A program made the position numbers and the translations under genes. This document shows, piece by piece, positions 14,252 through 26,029 of a stretch of DNA of 64,000 bases. Under the pieces are notes generated by a model. It did no database searches, was not told the DNA's origin, and saw nothing but the letters and a program-made list of their open reading frames with translations. The DNA comes from Eledone cirrhosa (Eukaryota). Where the stretch lies: the NCBI GenBank assembly GCA_964016885.1, contig OZ024741.1:312666001-312730000 (forward strand), given 5' to 3'. The stretch's first letter is position 1. Every line of letters begins with the position of its first letter.

Positions 14252-15618
14252 GGAAAAAATGAAACGATATTTCATTTCCCACTCTTAGTACGGCTGTTAC
14301 TTAAATATAAGTATGTACACGTACATACATATATGTATACCGACGTACAGTAGTATGTATATATATATATACATACATGCACACATATATATATGCACGT
14401 ATGGATTCACCGAACATTTATTATAATGCTCGGTGTGTTTGTAAACAAACATCCCGTATTAAGCCGTAGTGTCTAGCAACCACCGTTGCTCGTTTGTTCA
14501 ACACTGACAAAGGAACGCTGTACTAGTTTCAAGCTTGTTAGCTATCGTCAGCAACGTATACCTTCCTGCCAGATTGTTGAACGTATATACTTACCTTATG
14601 CATATTGACGGCCGAGTAGCCCAATATGCATATCGAGTGGGTTAATCGGCCGGGTGCACCGAAAACGATAAACGGAAAAAATGAAACGATATTTCATTTC
14701 CCACTCTTAGTACGGCTGTTACTTAAATATAAGTATGTACACGTACATACATATATGTATACCGACGTACAGTAGTATGTATATATATATATACATACAT
14801 GCACACATATATATATGCACGTATGGATTCACCGAACATTTATTATAATGCTCGGTGTGTTTGTAAACAAACATCCCGTATTAAGCCGTAGTGTCTAGCA
14901 ACCACCGTTGCTCGTTTGTTCAACACTGACAAAGGAACGCTGTACTAGTTTCAAGCTTGTTAGCTATCGTCAGCAACGTATACCTTCCTGCCAGATTGTT
15001 GAACGTATATACTTACCTTATGCATATTGACGGCCGAGTAGCCCAATATGCATATCGAGTGGGTTAATCGGCCGGGTGCACCGAAAACGATAAACGGAAA
15101 AAATGAAACGATATTTCATTTCCCACTCTTAGTACGGCTGTTACTTAAATATAAGTATGTACACGTACATACATATATGTATACCGACGTACAGTAGTAT
15201 GTATATATATATATACATACATGCACACATATATATATGCACGTATGGATTCACCGAACATTTATTATAATGCTCGGTGTGTTTGTAAACAAACATCCCG
15301 TATTAAGCCGTAGTGTCTAGCAACCACCGTTGCTCGTTTGTTCAACACTGACAAAGGAACGCTGTACTAGTTTCAAGCTTGTTAGCTATCGTCAGCAACG
15401 TATACCTTCCTGCCAGATTGTTGAACGTATATACTTACCTTATGCATATTGACGGCCGAGTAGCCCAATATGCATATCGAGTGGGTTAATCGGCCGGGTG
15501 CACCGAAAACGATAAACGGAAAAAATGAAACGATATAGCTAACAAGCTTGAAACTAGTACAGCGTTCCTTTGTCAGTGTTGAACAAACGAGCAACGGTGG
15601 TTGCTAGACACTACGGCT
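14246..15618 (-). repeat. Family C array: three 422-bp units plus short inverted segment (15535-15618)
   Basis: Unit starts at 14246, 14668, 15090 and 15512; the units read as identical. Confidence 0.95.
14515..14557 (-). ncRNA. Minimal type I HHR, one per 422-bp unit (also 14937-14979 and 15359-15401)
   Basis: ACGTTG-CTGACGA-t-AGCT-aaca-AGCT-t-GAAA-CTAG-TA-CAGCGT, GUA site. Confidence 0.9.
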
Positions 15619-16290
15619 GTAAGGGGATAAATATAGTTACGTAATAACTATAGAGAAGCCTTACGTCATCAGGGAGTCTATTCTCAGCTAACTTTCCAGG
15701 CAATGCGGGGACACTGGGAACTTATATAAAAATAATTCAGTGGATGGAAAAAAGCGAGCGGGGTTATATTCCAAGCCATTGAAAAATTCACTGCCTTCTT
15801 TGTCAAGTGGCAAATTCAAAAGAATCAATCACGTGACACTGAGGTTAACCAGCTTGGAGTATGTCGGTAGATATATTATTTCTTTATAATTATCTCCAAT
15901 TATTTGTTGAGCAAAATTTGCCAAATACTACTGTGACTGATAGTAGTAGCTAGGCTCTGTCTTAATAGCACCCCCACTCCAAGCTGGTTAACCTCAGTGT
16001 CACGTGATTGATTCTTTTGAATATGCCACTTGACCAAGAAGGCAGGGAATTTGTCAATGGCTTGGGATCTAGCCCCGCTCGCATTTTACCATCCACTGAA
16101 TTATTTTTATATACGTTCCCAGTGTCCCCGCATTGCCTGGAAACTTAGCAGAGAATAGACTCCCTTATGACGTAAGGCTTCTCTATAGTTATTACGTAAC
16201 TATATTTATCCCCTTACAGAAACTAATTAGTTGGAGTGAAATGTTAGTAAGAAAGCCAATTTTATTAACTTTCTTATTTACGCCTTTCAT
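15617..16290. repeat. Fold-back element of a family D subfamily (arms 15617-15860 and 15976-16219) with HHR at 16159-16237
   Basis: ~243-bp inverted arms; the + arm HHR has a CTTATGA core, the - arm has CTGATGA but is cut at GAAA. Confidence 0.88.
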
Positions 16291-16299
16291 ATATATATA

Positions 16300-16333
<34 letters not shown>

Positions 16334-16336
16334 GAT

Positions 16337-16705
16337 ATATTTCGTTTCTGAATTTGTTCAGCAAGATTCTTTATCTGAAAACGTGTGTTGAAACCGATAT
16401 TGCTATACTTTGGGAGGGTCATGTTGCCAATAAGAAACACACGCACCAGTTGCTTTCACTTCAATTTATTATAATAAATTCATAAATTTTGGAACTTATA
16501 CATTTCCGGTTGGTTGGTTGGTTCCACAACCAGATGGTTGTTTATATATTGTCAAAGTTCTTTCGTCACACATTCTGTGACCTCTTCAGTGACTGGGGAT
16601 TCTTTTCTTTGTTTTTGTGCATCTCCTTTGTTCTGTCCTTCGCCATTTAGTTTCTGTGTGTGACACACACAGAAACAAAATGGCGTAGGACAGAATAAAG
16701 GAGAT
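16337..16705 (-). mobile_element. Solo PLE1-family pseudo-LTR with HHR (16551-16593) and terminal snap-back (16621-16705)
   Basis: Matches 5865-6190; HHR with CUU site; ~40-bp inverted arms at the truncation point. Confidence 0.88.
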
Positions 16706-17304
16706 AGTATTAGTATTCTTTTTCGGGACTCTGAATTATTATTTCGTATTAGTTTACTTTTTTGCACTGGGTGTTTGCTGGCCTTGTGCCTGGGGTAGAA
16801 ACCTTTATTTATTATTTCGTGGTAGTTTCTTTAGTATTTTGGCCCCTCACTTGTTGACCCGTCACCGTAAGATAAACTCGGTTTATTACTTATACCTCTT
16901 AAAAGGGTCTCATTATAATTCCGTCCCACCTAGTATATTTTTTTAGCCTAGCAGTACCAGTGAGAGACTTAGGTCGTAGTAACCAGAAATTGTTTTTTTT
17001 TTTTTCACATTTAATTGCTTTTTAACACTCTCAGTATTTTTCTATATATTTACCCCTTATAGTTCTACTTATTGTTTCGACTTCCTCCCCCGCCCCTTCC
17101 CTAGTATCTTCTTTGACCTCATGCCCAGCTGTAGTCGGCACTATCAACGCATGAATGGGTCTCCTCCACCCCCTCTCCCTCTTTCTCCTACTGGCAGGTT
17201 TGGCTACCCCTTCCCTCCACAAACTGCCATCATAGAATTATTATGTCTCAACAACAAACTTTTGACCAATCCTTCTGACAATCACTTTGACCATATATGG
17301 AATT

Positions 17305-17400
17305 ACCCCTTGAGAAGCTCGGCTACTCAAATACCAGGATAACAATGTTCATTTAGTCCAGAATTAGCCGTCGAAACGGCTTGAGCTCAGCCGTCGGGGT
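17305..17400 (+). ncRNA. Type I HHR with U3-A8 core and long stem II (family F)
   Basis: ACCCC-TTGAGAA-gct-CGGCTA...TAGCCG-tc-GAAA-CGGC-ttgagctca-GCCG-TC-GGGGT. Confidence 0.75.
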
Positions 17401-17491
17401 CCTACTCGTTCCTATTACCCACTCTACTACCCTAAGTATTGAGTACTCTGGTGCGTTATGGTCCACCTGGTTCCTTACCACTTTTCCTCCG

Positions 17492-17584
<93 letters not shown>

Positions 17585-17656
17585 ATATTTATTCATCCTT
17601 ATTGAGCCCTCTTTGGATTTTAGTCTTCAAATGTATTATTATTACTATACATATAA

Positions 17657-17847
17657 GGGCGTTGGATTGGCAGTATCGGTAGAAGGTCGGACGCTATGCT
17701 TTCCAGCATAGTTACGTCCCTTTACGATCTGAGTTCAAATCCCGCCGAGGTTGAATTTGCTTTTCATCCTTACGGGGTCGATAAAATAAAGTACCAGTAA
17801 TGCACTGGGTAATTGCTGGCATTGTGCCTAAAGTAGAAACAATTATT
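17657..17847 (+). mobile_element. tRNA-derived SINE
   Basis: Same family as 13152-13335. Confidence 0.9.
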
Positions 17848-18137
17848 ACTATACATATATATATATATATATGTATATATATAACCAAAGATTAATATGG
17901 TTCATTGATTACTCAATGAATACAGTTTTACAATAGATTAAATACTGGAATTGAAATATCAAGACCGTAGAGGTATGTCATATATCAAATCGTATATTTT
18001 ATCTGACGAGCACGTACTGGAAAAAACAACACAATGCCTCCGAAATATATATAATAAAGCATATATTTTGATTATGTGAATATCTTTATTTGTTAATATT
18101 TTGAATTATATTTATATATATATATTTATTTATTCAG

Positions 18138-20463
18138 GTGTGTTGTTTCACCACTGGATAGAACTGCTCATTCCGTATGGTCAACCTCGTTGTAATATTA
18201 TGGAAAGCACTTAACGTATTGCAACTCACCCGTCTTCGTTTTTGTAGTTGGTGGTTCGAGTACGGAGTTAATTATTATAAAATAACAGGAGACTGGACTG
18301 GTGTAATTCTTTAAAAGGTTTTTTTATACTATGATCATTTCAATGCCCGGGTTCAGTATGAATCCTGTGACAACATCAGGATTTCGAAATATAAGAAAGG
18401 AATATAACAGACAAAATCCATGGTGTTGAAAATCAGAGACATGAGGGTGGCCGACCATTTAACAGCTACTAGCCCGGTCAACCGCCCTCGAGTGATGATT
18501 ATTAAGTCAACTTATGTCCTTGTGGTGGAGGGGCGCAGGCTTATAGCGTACTACTACCAGCCTGTCAAAGACAGAGTCCAGCGGTGAGATCAGGTTACAT
18601 TCAAGCTGGTCATGAGTGTTAGGAAGTGCCGCGAAAAATATTTTTTCAAAAAAGATATTTCCTTAACAAAGTTACATACATGGCGTCAGCACAGTACATT
18701 GTATGGTCAGAAATTACGATTAGCAATTACAAACGTTAACTTTATGTTTAGAGATAAAAGATGCCATTTAAGATGAAATTAGAAAAATAAGATTTTGGTT
18801 TAATGTTGGGAGATTAAGTTAAAGAATTTACAGAAGGAGGCTTTTAAGAAAAAGTATAAGTGTATTATATAGTCACGATAAAGTTTCAGGGTGGAATATA
18901 GAGTAAAGATTAAGCCCATGCTTAGCGGACATTAGCCGATGACGTTGCAGACTCCTGGCCAGCCGGGGGGCCGACGGTGTGTCAACCGTTCCGAGTATTT
19001 TCGTCTAGAGAAAGAAAGGGAAATTTATTTTTCCAAGCACTCCAGGAATGTTTACTGATTTAAGCGCCGGGTTTGTCAGCTGGCTATCGTATATACCTAG
19101 CGATTACTAGTTATTCACACTGTTGGGGGATTTAGTTGAGTGCTAGTAGAAGGAGGCATGACAAATTAAAAAGTTATGATTATGCCTTTAATTTAAAGGT
19201 ACTGTTTGGCGGTCAATATTCGGTTGCATGGTTGATTCCAAGTCTGACAGGGCCCCAGGGCGAAACACTCGTTCCGAGTATATTCGTTTACCGAAAGAAG
19301 GGGAAATTTAATTTGTCCAGGCACTCTAGGAAGGCTGATCGACCCGAGCGCCTGGCGTGCAGTCGGGAAAGCCACCATAACAGTCGGATCATCGCGTGTA
19401 CCAAACGATTATTAATTATTCGCACCCGTGATGTGAAGTTTAAAAGTGGGAAAATCTGATGAAACGTGTCAATAAACTATAGTTAGTCCGCAGTTAGTCC
19501 GGGTTATATGTAGTGGGAACCTTGAGTGGGTAGGGGGAGTGAATAAATATAAACAGATATAAGGGTACAGAGAGTAATATTCTAGGGTCGTGCGCTAATG
19601 AGTACAAGGATAAGTATATAAGAGAGGGGGAAGGTGAAGCGAATAAATAAAAACATAAATAACATAAATAACAACATAAGTAAAATGCATAAGTAAAATG
19701 CAGTCATACCTAGGGTGGTAATTGAGTGAGTAAAATGGAAGTATTTAAGAACATATCAAAGAAGTCAACATACATAAGAATTAAAAACAGATCAAGGTGC
19801 ATAAATGGACAATAGATATCACGGTTGGAGAATACAAGGTTATACATATAGATGTAGAGGATGGAAGAGTTGGAGAGGTGTCAGGTGATACCTAGTGTAG
19901 GTTCGAGTACAATTTTCAATGTGGATCCCAAAAGTCCTGAAATATAGACTAGAGAATTCAGTCAATACAATACAGGGTATATTAGAATATGTTGATTTTT
20001 TTGAGAATCTATGCGGTCTGGCGAAATCTGAGTTTTCACAACAGGGAAGCAGCAATGCATGGTCCGGGAAGGCGGTAGACATATCTTAATGCAGCCAAAA
20101 TCCGAATGGTGTGTAGTTAGTCCCATGCTGGCGATAGCTTTACACTGGAGCCTGTTCATTATTACATCTGAAAGCGCTCGACATTTCCTGGAGCATTATT
20201 TATTTAGTTTTGTTGGTTCATCACTGGATAGGACAGGTCATTCCGTATGGTCAACCTCGATGTAATATTATGGAGAGCACTCAACGTAATGCAATTCACC
20301 CGTCTTCGTTTGTGTTGTTGGTGGTGCGAGTACGGAGTTAATTATTATGAAATGACAGGAGGTTGGACTGGAGTAATCCCTTAAAAGGTTTCTTATACTA
20401 TGATCATTTCAATGACCGGGTTCAGTATGAATCCGGTGACATCATCAGGTATTCGAAATATAA
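18138..20463 (-). mobile_element. Non-coding element with ~255-bp direct terminal repeats, each carrying an HHR (family G)
   Basis: 18138-18393 matches 20208-20463, offset 2069 bp; no recognisable ORF inside; TA-rich flanks. Confidence 0.75.
20395..20452 (-). ncRNA. Type I HHR (family G; mutated copy at 18326-18383)
   Basis: ATAC-CTGATGA-tgtc-ACCGGaTTCA-tac-TGAAcCCGGT-catt-GAAA-TGATCA-TA-GTAT. Confidence 0.8.
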
Positions 20464-20486
20464 CATATATATATATATATATATAT

Positions 20487-20679
20487 GACGAAGGAAGTGT
20501 GGTAAGGAACCAGATGGACCATAATGCACCAGGGTACTCAATACCTAGGGTAATAGTGTGGGTAATAGGAAAATGTTCAAAACCACGACGGTAGAGCTCA
20601 AGCCGTTTCGACGGCTATTTCACTCCAGAAATAGCCGTCGAAAGGGCTTGAGCTCTGCCGTCGGGGTTTTGAACATTTT

Positions 20680-20684
<5 letters not shown>
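20487..20684 (-). repeat. Family F fold-back fragment (arms 20565-20621 and 20628-20684, plus 78-nt tail)
   Basis: Homologous to 17352-17493 and 45092-45306. Confidence 0.85.
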
Positions 20685-20719
<35 letters not shown>

Positions 20720-20722
<3 letters not shown>

Positions 20723-21208
20723 TTGCGAGGTTTTTTATATGAAATCATGTGTCGAAACAAATATTGTTATACTTGGGGAGGGTCATATTTGTGTAATATT
20801 GCCAGAATTAATAACAGAACACACTGTTTGGTTGGTTTTCGCTTCTCGCTTCTGTGTCTTTTATATCGGTAATGTAACTTACTCGTTCCTCAATGTTGCA
20901 TTGACTGACCGACGGTCAAATATAATACATATACAATATAGACACAAAGACATATATATATAGTTTATCATAAATCTTTCGTTGCACATCTGCAACATCG
21001 TCAGTGGTGTTATCGTTTCCTCCTGTTGTATTATATGTCTACGCCATTTTTATTCAGTCTGTCTATATATTTATTTATTTATGTGCTTGTTTGTTTATTT
21101 TATTTTGTATTCTTTGAGCATACGTTTGCGTGTGTGTAGTGTTTTGTTTGCTGTGTGATGGGTGACTAGTGTGTGTTTATGTGCTTGTTGTTATTGTGTT
21201 TGTGTATG

Positions 21209-21239
<31 letters not shown>

Positions 21240-22643
21240 TTTTATTTACTTATTTATACTTCTCTCAGGTCAGTGTTGTTTGTTTAGGGTGTTGTTGTTA
21301 TTCCATTCATTCTTTCTGTTTAGTCTTGACCTTCTAATTCCTATTTCACTGGCCTCTCTGATTTGCCTATCTGCTGGGTCATTTCTATGTTTAGATATTA
21401 TTCTAATTTTGTATGTTGTCTATGTCACCGTCATGTTGTTGTCTAGCATGTTTGTATAGTACTGACCCATTTTTTCGTCCTTTTAGTTCCCCCCAGTGTT
21501 GGTCTATCCTTTCACCTATGCTACGAGCTGTCTCACCTATGTATGTTGTTGTCATGTTTCTGCAAGTACCCTCTGTAATCTTATGCTATAGATTACGTTT
21601 CTAGTTTTACAGTTTATCCGGGGGTTTACCTTACATTTGATACACTTCCTATTGGTACAGTGGTTTTTCTTAAAAGGGTAGGTTTTGCTGATCAGGGATT
21701 TTATGGTGGTTCCTGGCTTTTCTTCCACCTTAATTTTTAAGTGGGTCTTTCTCAGGGCCTTTCTACACTGGTTAGCTAATTTCCCTCCGGGGGTAGCGTC
21801 CACAAACATGACACTCTGGTATCAAACATGAGGTGGCTTTCCCTATCTTATGTCTAGCCCTATCTAAACTATTCCATGATTTGCTCCTGTATAATGGGCA
21901 AATTCCTTTCATGTTCAGTTCTATGAGGGTCTTATACTTCTCCATGGCTCCTACGTATACTCTGACTCTGTCTCTTTGGTTGTAGCCAGAGAACTGCATG
22001 CGGTTGATGAAGTGTTGGATGTGTCTTTCCATTTCTGTTGGGTCGCACATGCGGGACACATTCTTCATCACTCGTACCAAATCTGCGATCAGAATATTAA
22101 ACTTAGCACTAATGGACATTGCTGAGTTTTTGAGTATCAGGTATTTGGAGGCCATGGGTTTAGCATAGTGTGAGTGGAGAATTTGGGCTCTCTCGTCTAT
22201 AGTGTTAATCCAGAGTTCTGTGTCTAATACAGGTAGTCTATTGTTAGGGTGTTTGGAAGGGAAGTCGATATTTACAGTTATACTCTGGTGTATGGAATTA
22301 GCTATCTGCTGTATGCTTTCCATCGTGCTACGTTGTAAATCAAATTTGTTGGTGCTTTCTAGACATATAATACAACAGGATGATACGATAACACCACTGA
22401 CGATGTTGCAGATGTGCAACGAAAGATTTATGATAAACTATATATATGTGTTTGTGTCTATATTGTATCTGTATTATTTTTGACCGTCGGTCAGTCAATG
22501 GTAACTTTGAGGACCGAGTAAGGTAGATTACCGATATAAAAGGCACAGAAGCGAGAAGCGAAAACCAACCAAACAGTGAGTGTGTTCTGTTATTAATTCT
22601 GACAATATTACACAAATATGACCCTCCCCAAGTATAACAATAT
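20720..22643 (-). mobile_element. Penelope-like element PLE2: truncated and frameshifted RT thumb + GIY-YIG with inverted pseudo-LTRs; HHRs at 20967-21008 (-) and 22393-22434 (+)
   Basis: ORFs 21772-22419 and 21552-21809 align with the PLE1 protein; arms 20761-21041 and 22360-22643; CTGACGA-t-GTTGCA-gatg-TGCAAC-GAAA-GATT-TA. Confidence 0.9.
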
Positions 22644-22900
22644 ATATATATATATATTATAAGGGATAACAAAATATCGTTATAGGTAATCTAGTTAGAG
22701 CTTGTGAATACTTCTTATTATGGATAGTTTCAGCGTACGACGTTGTTTGACTCAACAAGAAGTTTACGTAGGTGGCGAGTTTATGTGTGAGTTCTCTTGT
22801 ATTCCTATGTAAGTTTATTTTGAAGTAATAACATTGAAAAAGTGAAGAATAACATGGTCAACCGTACAAAAAAAAAGATCATCGGAGATAATTTGAGTTA

Positions 22901-23004
22901 TCTCCGATGATCCGATTAAGCTAACATCGTATTTGAAATCGAGTTGCACTGCTTCGAGTGTTCAGCAATTTATAGATAACTTAATCAGTGAAACAATTAT
23001 CAGA
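22901..23004 (+). ncRNA. Type I HHR with ~75-nt stem II, inside a small fold-back element (22834-23062)
   Basis: TCT-CCGATGA-tcc-GATTAAG...CTTAATC-agt-GAAA-CAATTA-TC-AGA; stem III closing pair mismatched. Confidence 0.65.
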
Positions 23005-23075
23005 CTGTAAATAAATCCTTTTTTTTTGTACTGTTGACCATGTTATTCTTCACTTTCTCAATATATATATATCTA

Positions 23076-23118
<43 letters not shown>

Positions 23119-23119
<1 letters not shown>

Positions 23120-24030
23120 AATAAACTACAGAGTTACTAACTCATATTGATACCCTGTAATTAACAAGCCCAAAGTATAAATATTGAGCATTATATAGTA
23201 ATATATGTAGAAATAAACACAGTAAATTTTGGATCTAAAATTACGAGGGTTGAAATACCACATTGGTTTGATAAATTTAACCTGAAGCAAACGGAAGATT
23301 TAGAATATATATACAGACCGTCTTAATAACTATTTCATCTCTCGGACAGAGTAGAGATTTAATCTCTCTAGCCCTGAAAATTGTGTTTATAACAGATAAT
23401 CCGTAGGCTTTCCTCAGTGAGAGATAAGATCAAATGGAACAAACACATACAACTAAAAGCCACACGAATGAATATCACCTCGTGCGCTGGATGTTAGAAG
23501 TGGTGTGAGTGGATATGCTAAATATAATAACCTTAATACATCCACTTATAAGCTCACCTAGTTAGGGAGCCGAAATACAAATAAAATACAGCTTGTTAAA
23601 ATTTGAGCTTGTTAATTACAGGGTATCAATACTCTGTATTTTATTTGTATTTCGGCTCCCTAACTTGGTGAGCTTATAAGTTGGGTGTATTAAGGCTATT
23701 ATTTATAGCATATCCACTCACACTACTTCTAACGTCCAGCGCACGTGGTGAGATATTAATTCGTGTGGTTTTTAGTTGTATGTGTTTGTTCCATTTGATC
23801 TTATCTCTCGCCGAGGAAAGGCTACGGATTATCTGTTACAAACACAATTTTCAGGGCAAAACAGATTAAATCTCTAATCTGTCCGAGAGATGAAATAGTT
23901 ATTGAGACGGTCTGTATATATATTCTATATCTTCCGTTTGCTTAAGGTTACATTTATCAAACCAATGTGGTATTTCAACCCTCGTAATTTTAGACACACA
24001 ATTTACTGTTTATTTCTACATATATTATTA
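23119..24030. repeat. Family E: ~460-bp unit with an inverted copy
   Basis: 23200-23590 is the reverse complement of 23634-24025; AAATAAA(C/A)TACAG recurs at 23119 and 23579. Confidence 0.88.
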
Positions 24031-24035
24031 ATATT

Positions 24036-24085
<50 letters not shown>

Positions 24086-24088
<3 letters not shown>

Positions 24089-24297
24089 AAAAGGAAAAAC
24101 AGTGACTTCAGTTGTAGTTGGTATTCTAAAGAATTTAATTTTACGATTTTACAATTTTACAATATTGGGTATGTAGATCTAATTAGCAAAATCTTATCTA
24201 TATCGATCTACATAGCAAAATTGTTAAATTGTAAAATTATAAAATTAAATTGTTTCTGACACCAACTACAAGTGATGTCATTCTTTTCCTTTTTTCC
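24086..24297. repeat. Diverged fold-back (~95-bp arms)
   Basis: TTGTAGTTGGT...TATGTAGATC versus GATCTACATA...ACCAACTACAA. Confidence 0.75.
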
Positions 24298-24337
24298 AGA
24301 TACTCTTAACTGTACTAAGGATTTCACAAATTTTCAA

Positions 24338-24368
<31 letters not shown>

Positions 24369-24657
24369 AGATAAAACAATCAATCTACCAGACCTTAATC
24401 ACCCATATATCATCACACCCTTTCATCTATTAATCTATTTACTGCTCCCCATTCTTAGTCCTATCCTTTATCTCTCATTCTCATTCTTTATTTTCTATCT
24501 CCTGTTCTTTATCTCTTTGTCTCTTACTTTTTAATTTTTATTTTAGTCATCTGATATTTTTTTTGTACTTTTTGCATTTTCATTTCGCCAATTCATGAAC
24601 TTAATACGCTACATTTCACCTATCATATAATTCGTATTTCTTTTCATGTTATATTAA

Positions 24658-24844
24658 TGGATTGGCAGTATCAGTAGAGGGTCGGACGCCATACTTTGAC
24701 GTATAGAGTTACGGCCCTTGCCATTCTGAATTCAAATCCCACCGAGGTTAACTTTACCTTTCATCCTTATAGGGTCGATAGAATAAAGTACCAGTAAGGC
24801 ACTGGATAATTGCTGGCCTTGTGCCAAACGTAGAACAAATTATT
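24658..24844 (+). mobile_element. tRNA-derived SINE (diverged)
   Basis: Same family as 13152-13335. Confidence 0.85.
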
Positions 24845-25120
24845 ACTCTCATCACTACTTTACACATCAACTTATTCACGATTGTAACTTCAACTACCAC
24901 AACCACTACTACTATTATCAGTAACCGTATTTTTTACTTATTTTTCACTTTTTTATCCTTTTTATTTTCTTATACTTTTTTCTTATTTTTTCTTCATTAT
25001 ATTTTATTATTGGTGTAATTGTTTTTCGATGTATCTATAAAAACCAGTGCCATGTGTTAAACCCTCCAGTATTCCGATGATTGGATCTGAGACGCACACT
25101 GTATTTAAGGTCGAGTGATG

Positions 25121-25162
<42 letters not shown>

Positions 25163-25201
25163 CAAGGATGATTTGTTAATCCGTCATTACGTTTATTGAT
25201 T

Positions 25202-25286
25202 GGTGACGCGCGTTTCGCTATTGATGAGCTCAAGGTTCGATCCGTATCGGTCAGGCCCTACTCTGGAACCAAAAGCTCGTCGGACC
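25202..25286 (-). ncRNA. Type I HHR with long stem II
   Basis: GGT-CCGACGA-GCTtTTGGT...ATCAAtAGC-GAAA-CGCGCG-TC-ACC. Confidence 0.75.
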
Positions 25287-25953
25287 TCTTCTGTTGTAAT
25301 GACAGACTGAATATATAAAGCATATACATGTGTAACATTTTGCGTTCGTATGCTGGTCAATTTATTTTGTTTTGATTAGTGGTTTAGCGATGAGGAATGT
25401 TTTGGCATATGTGATAAATGAGGTTGAGTATAGTGACGGGGTAGTGGTGGGGAGCGATGGTTGATGTGAGATACGGAGTGGTGTTTTGGCTTGTCATAGA
25501 CATGTCGGCGTGTATGTGGTGAGGCGGTGGGGCTGTATGTGGTGTGGATGAGGTGGATAAAATACGTTGTTTGGAGAGGTTGCTAAAACACTGCGGGTAG
25601 GGGCAAGATACTTGTTCAGTGCATATTGTGTGAAATAATATACAAATGAAAATAAATAAATAAATATGTGTACACACGCACACATACCCATATGCACATG
25701 CATACACATCGACACATGCATCAATGTAAATATATATACAGTCAACTATCAACCGAAAGAGGCACATGCAGAGGCTACATGGAGCCTACATATGTCTGCG
25801 TCTCCGCATGAGTACACGCTAACGAGATATGCTTGCTCATATTCCGGGGCTCCATACTACTCTATGGCTGTGTAGGGGTGCAGGCAAATACATATGCACA
25901 CATATACACACATATACATACACACTCACCCACCCGTACATACGCACATTTAC

Positions 25954-25991
<38 letters not shown>

Positions 25992-26029
25992 CTGTGGAAA
26001 CACGAAACAGGTGTAGATGTACGTAGCCT

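Noticed and set aside
16760-16812. SINE 3-prime end with AAA-to-GGG change suggesting a retroposed A-to-I edited RNA
   Set aside because: A-to-T and A-to-C changes are also present; decay or low sequence quality explains it equally well
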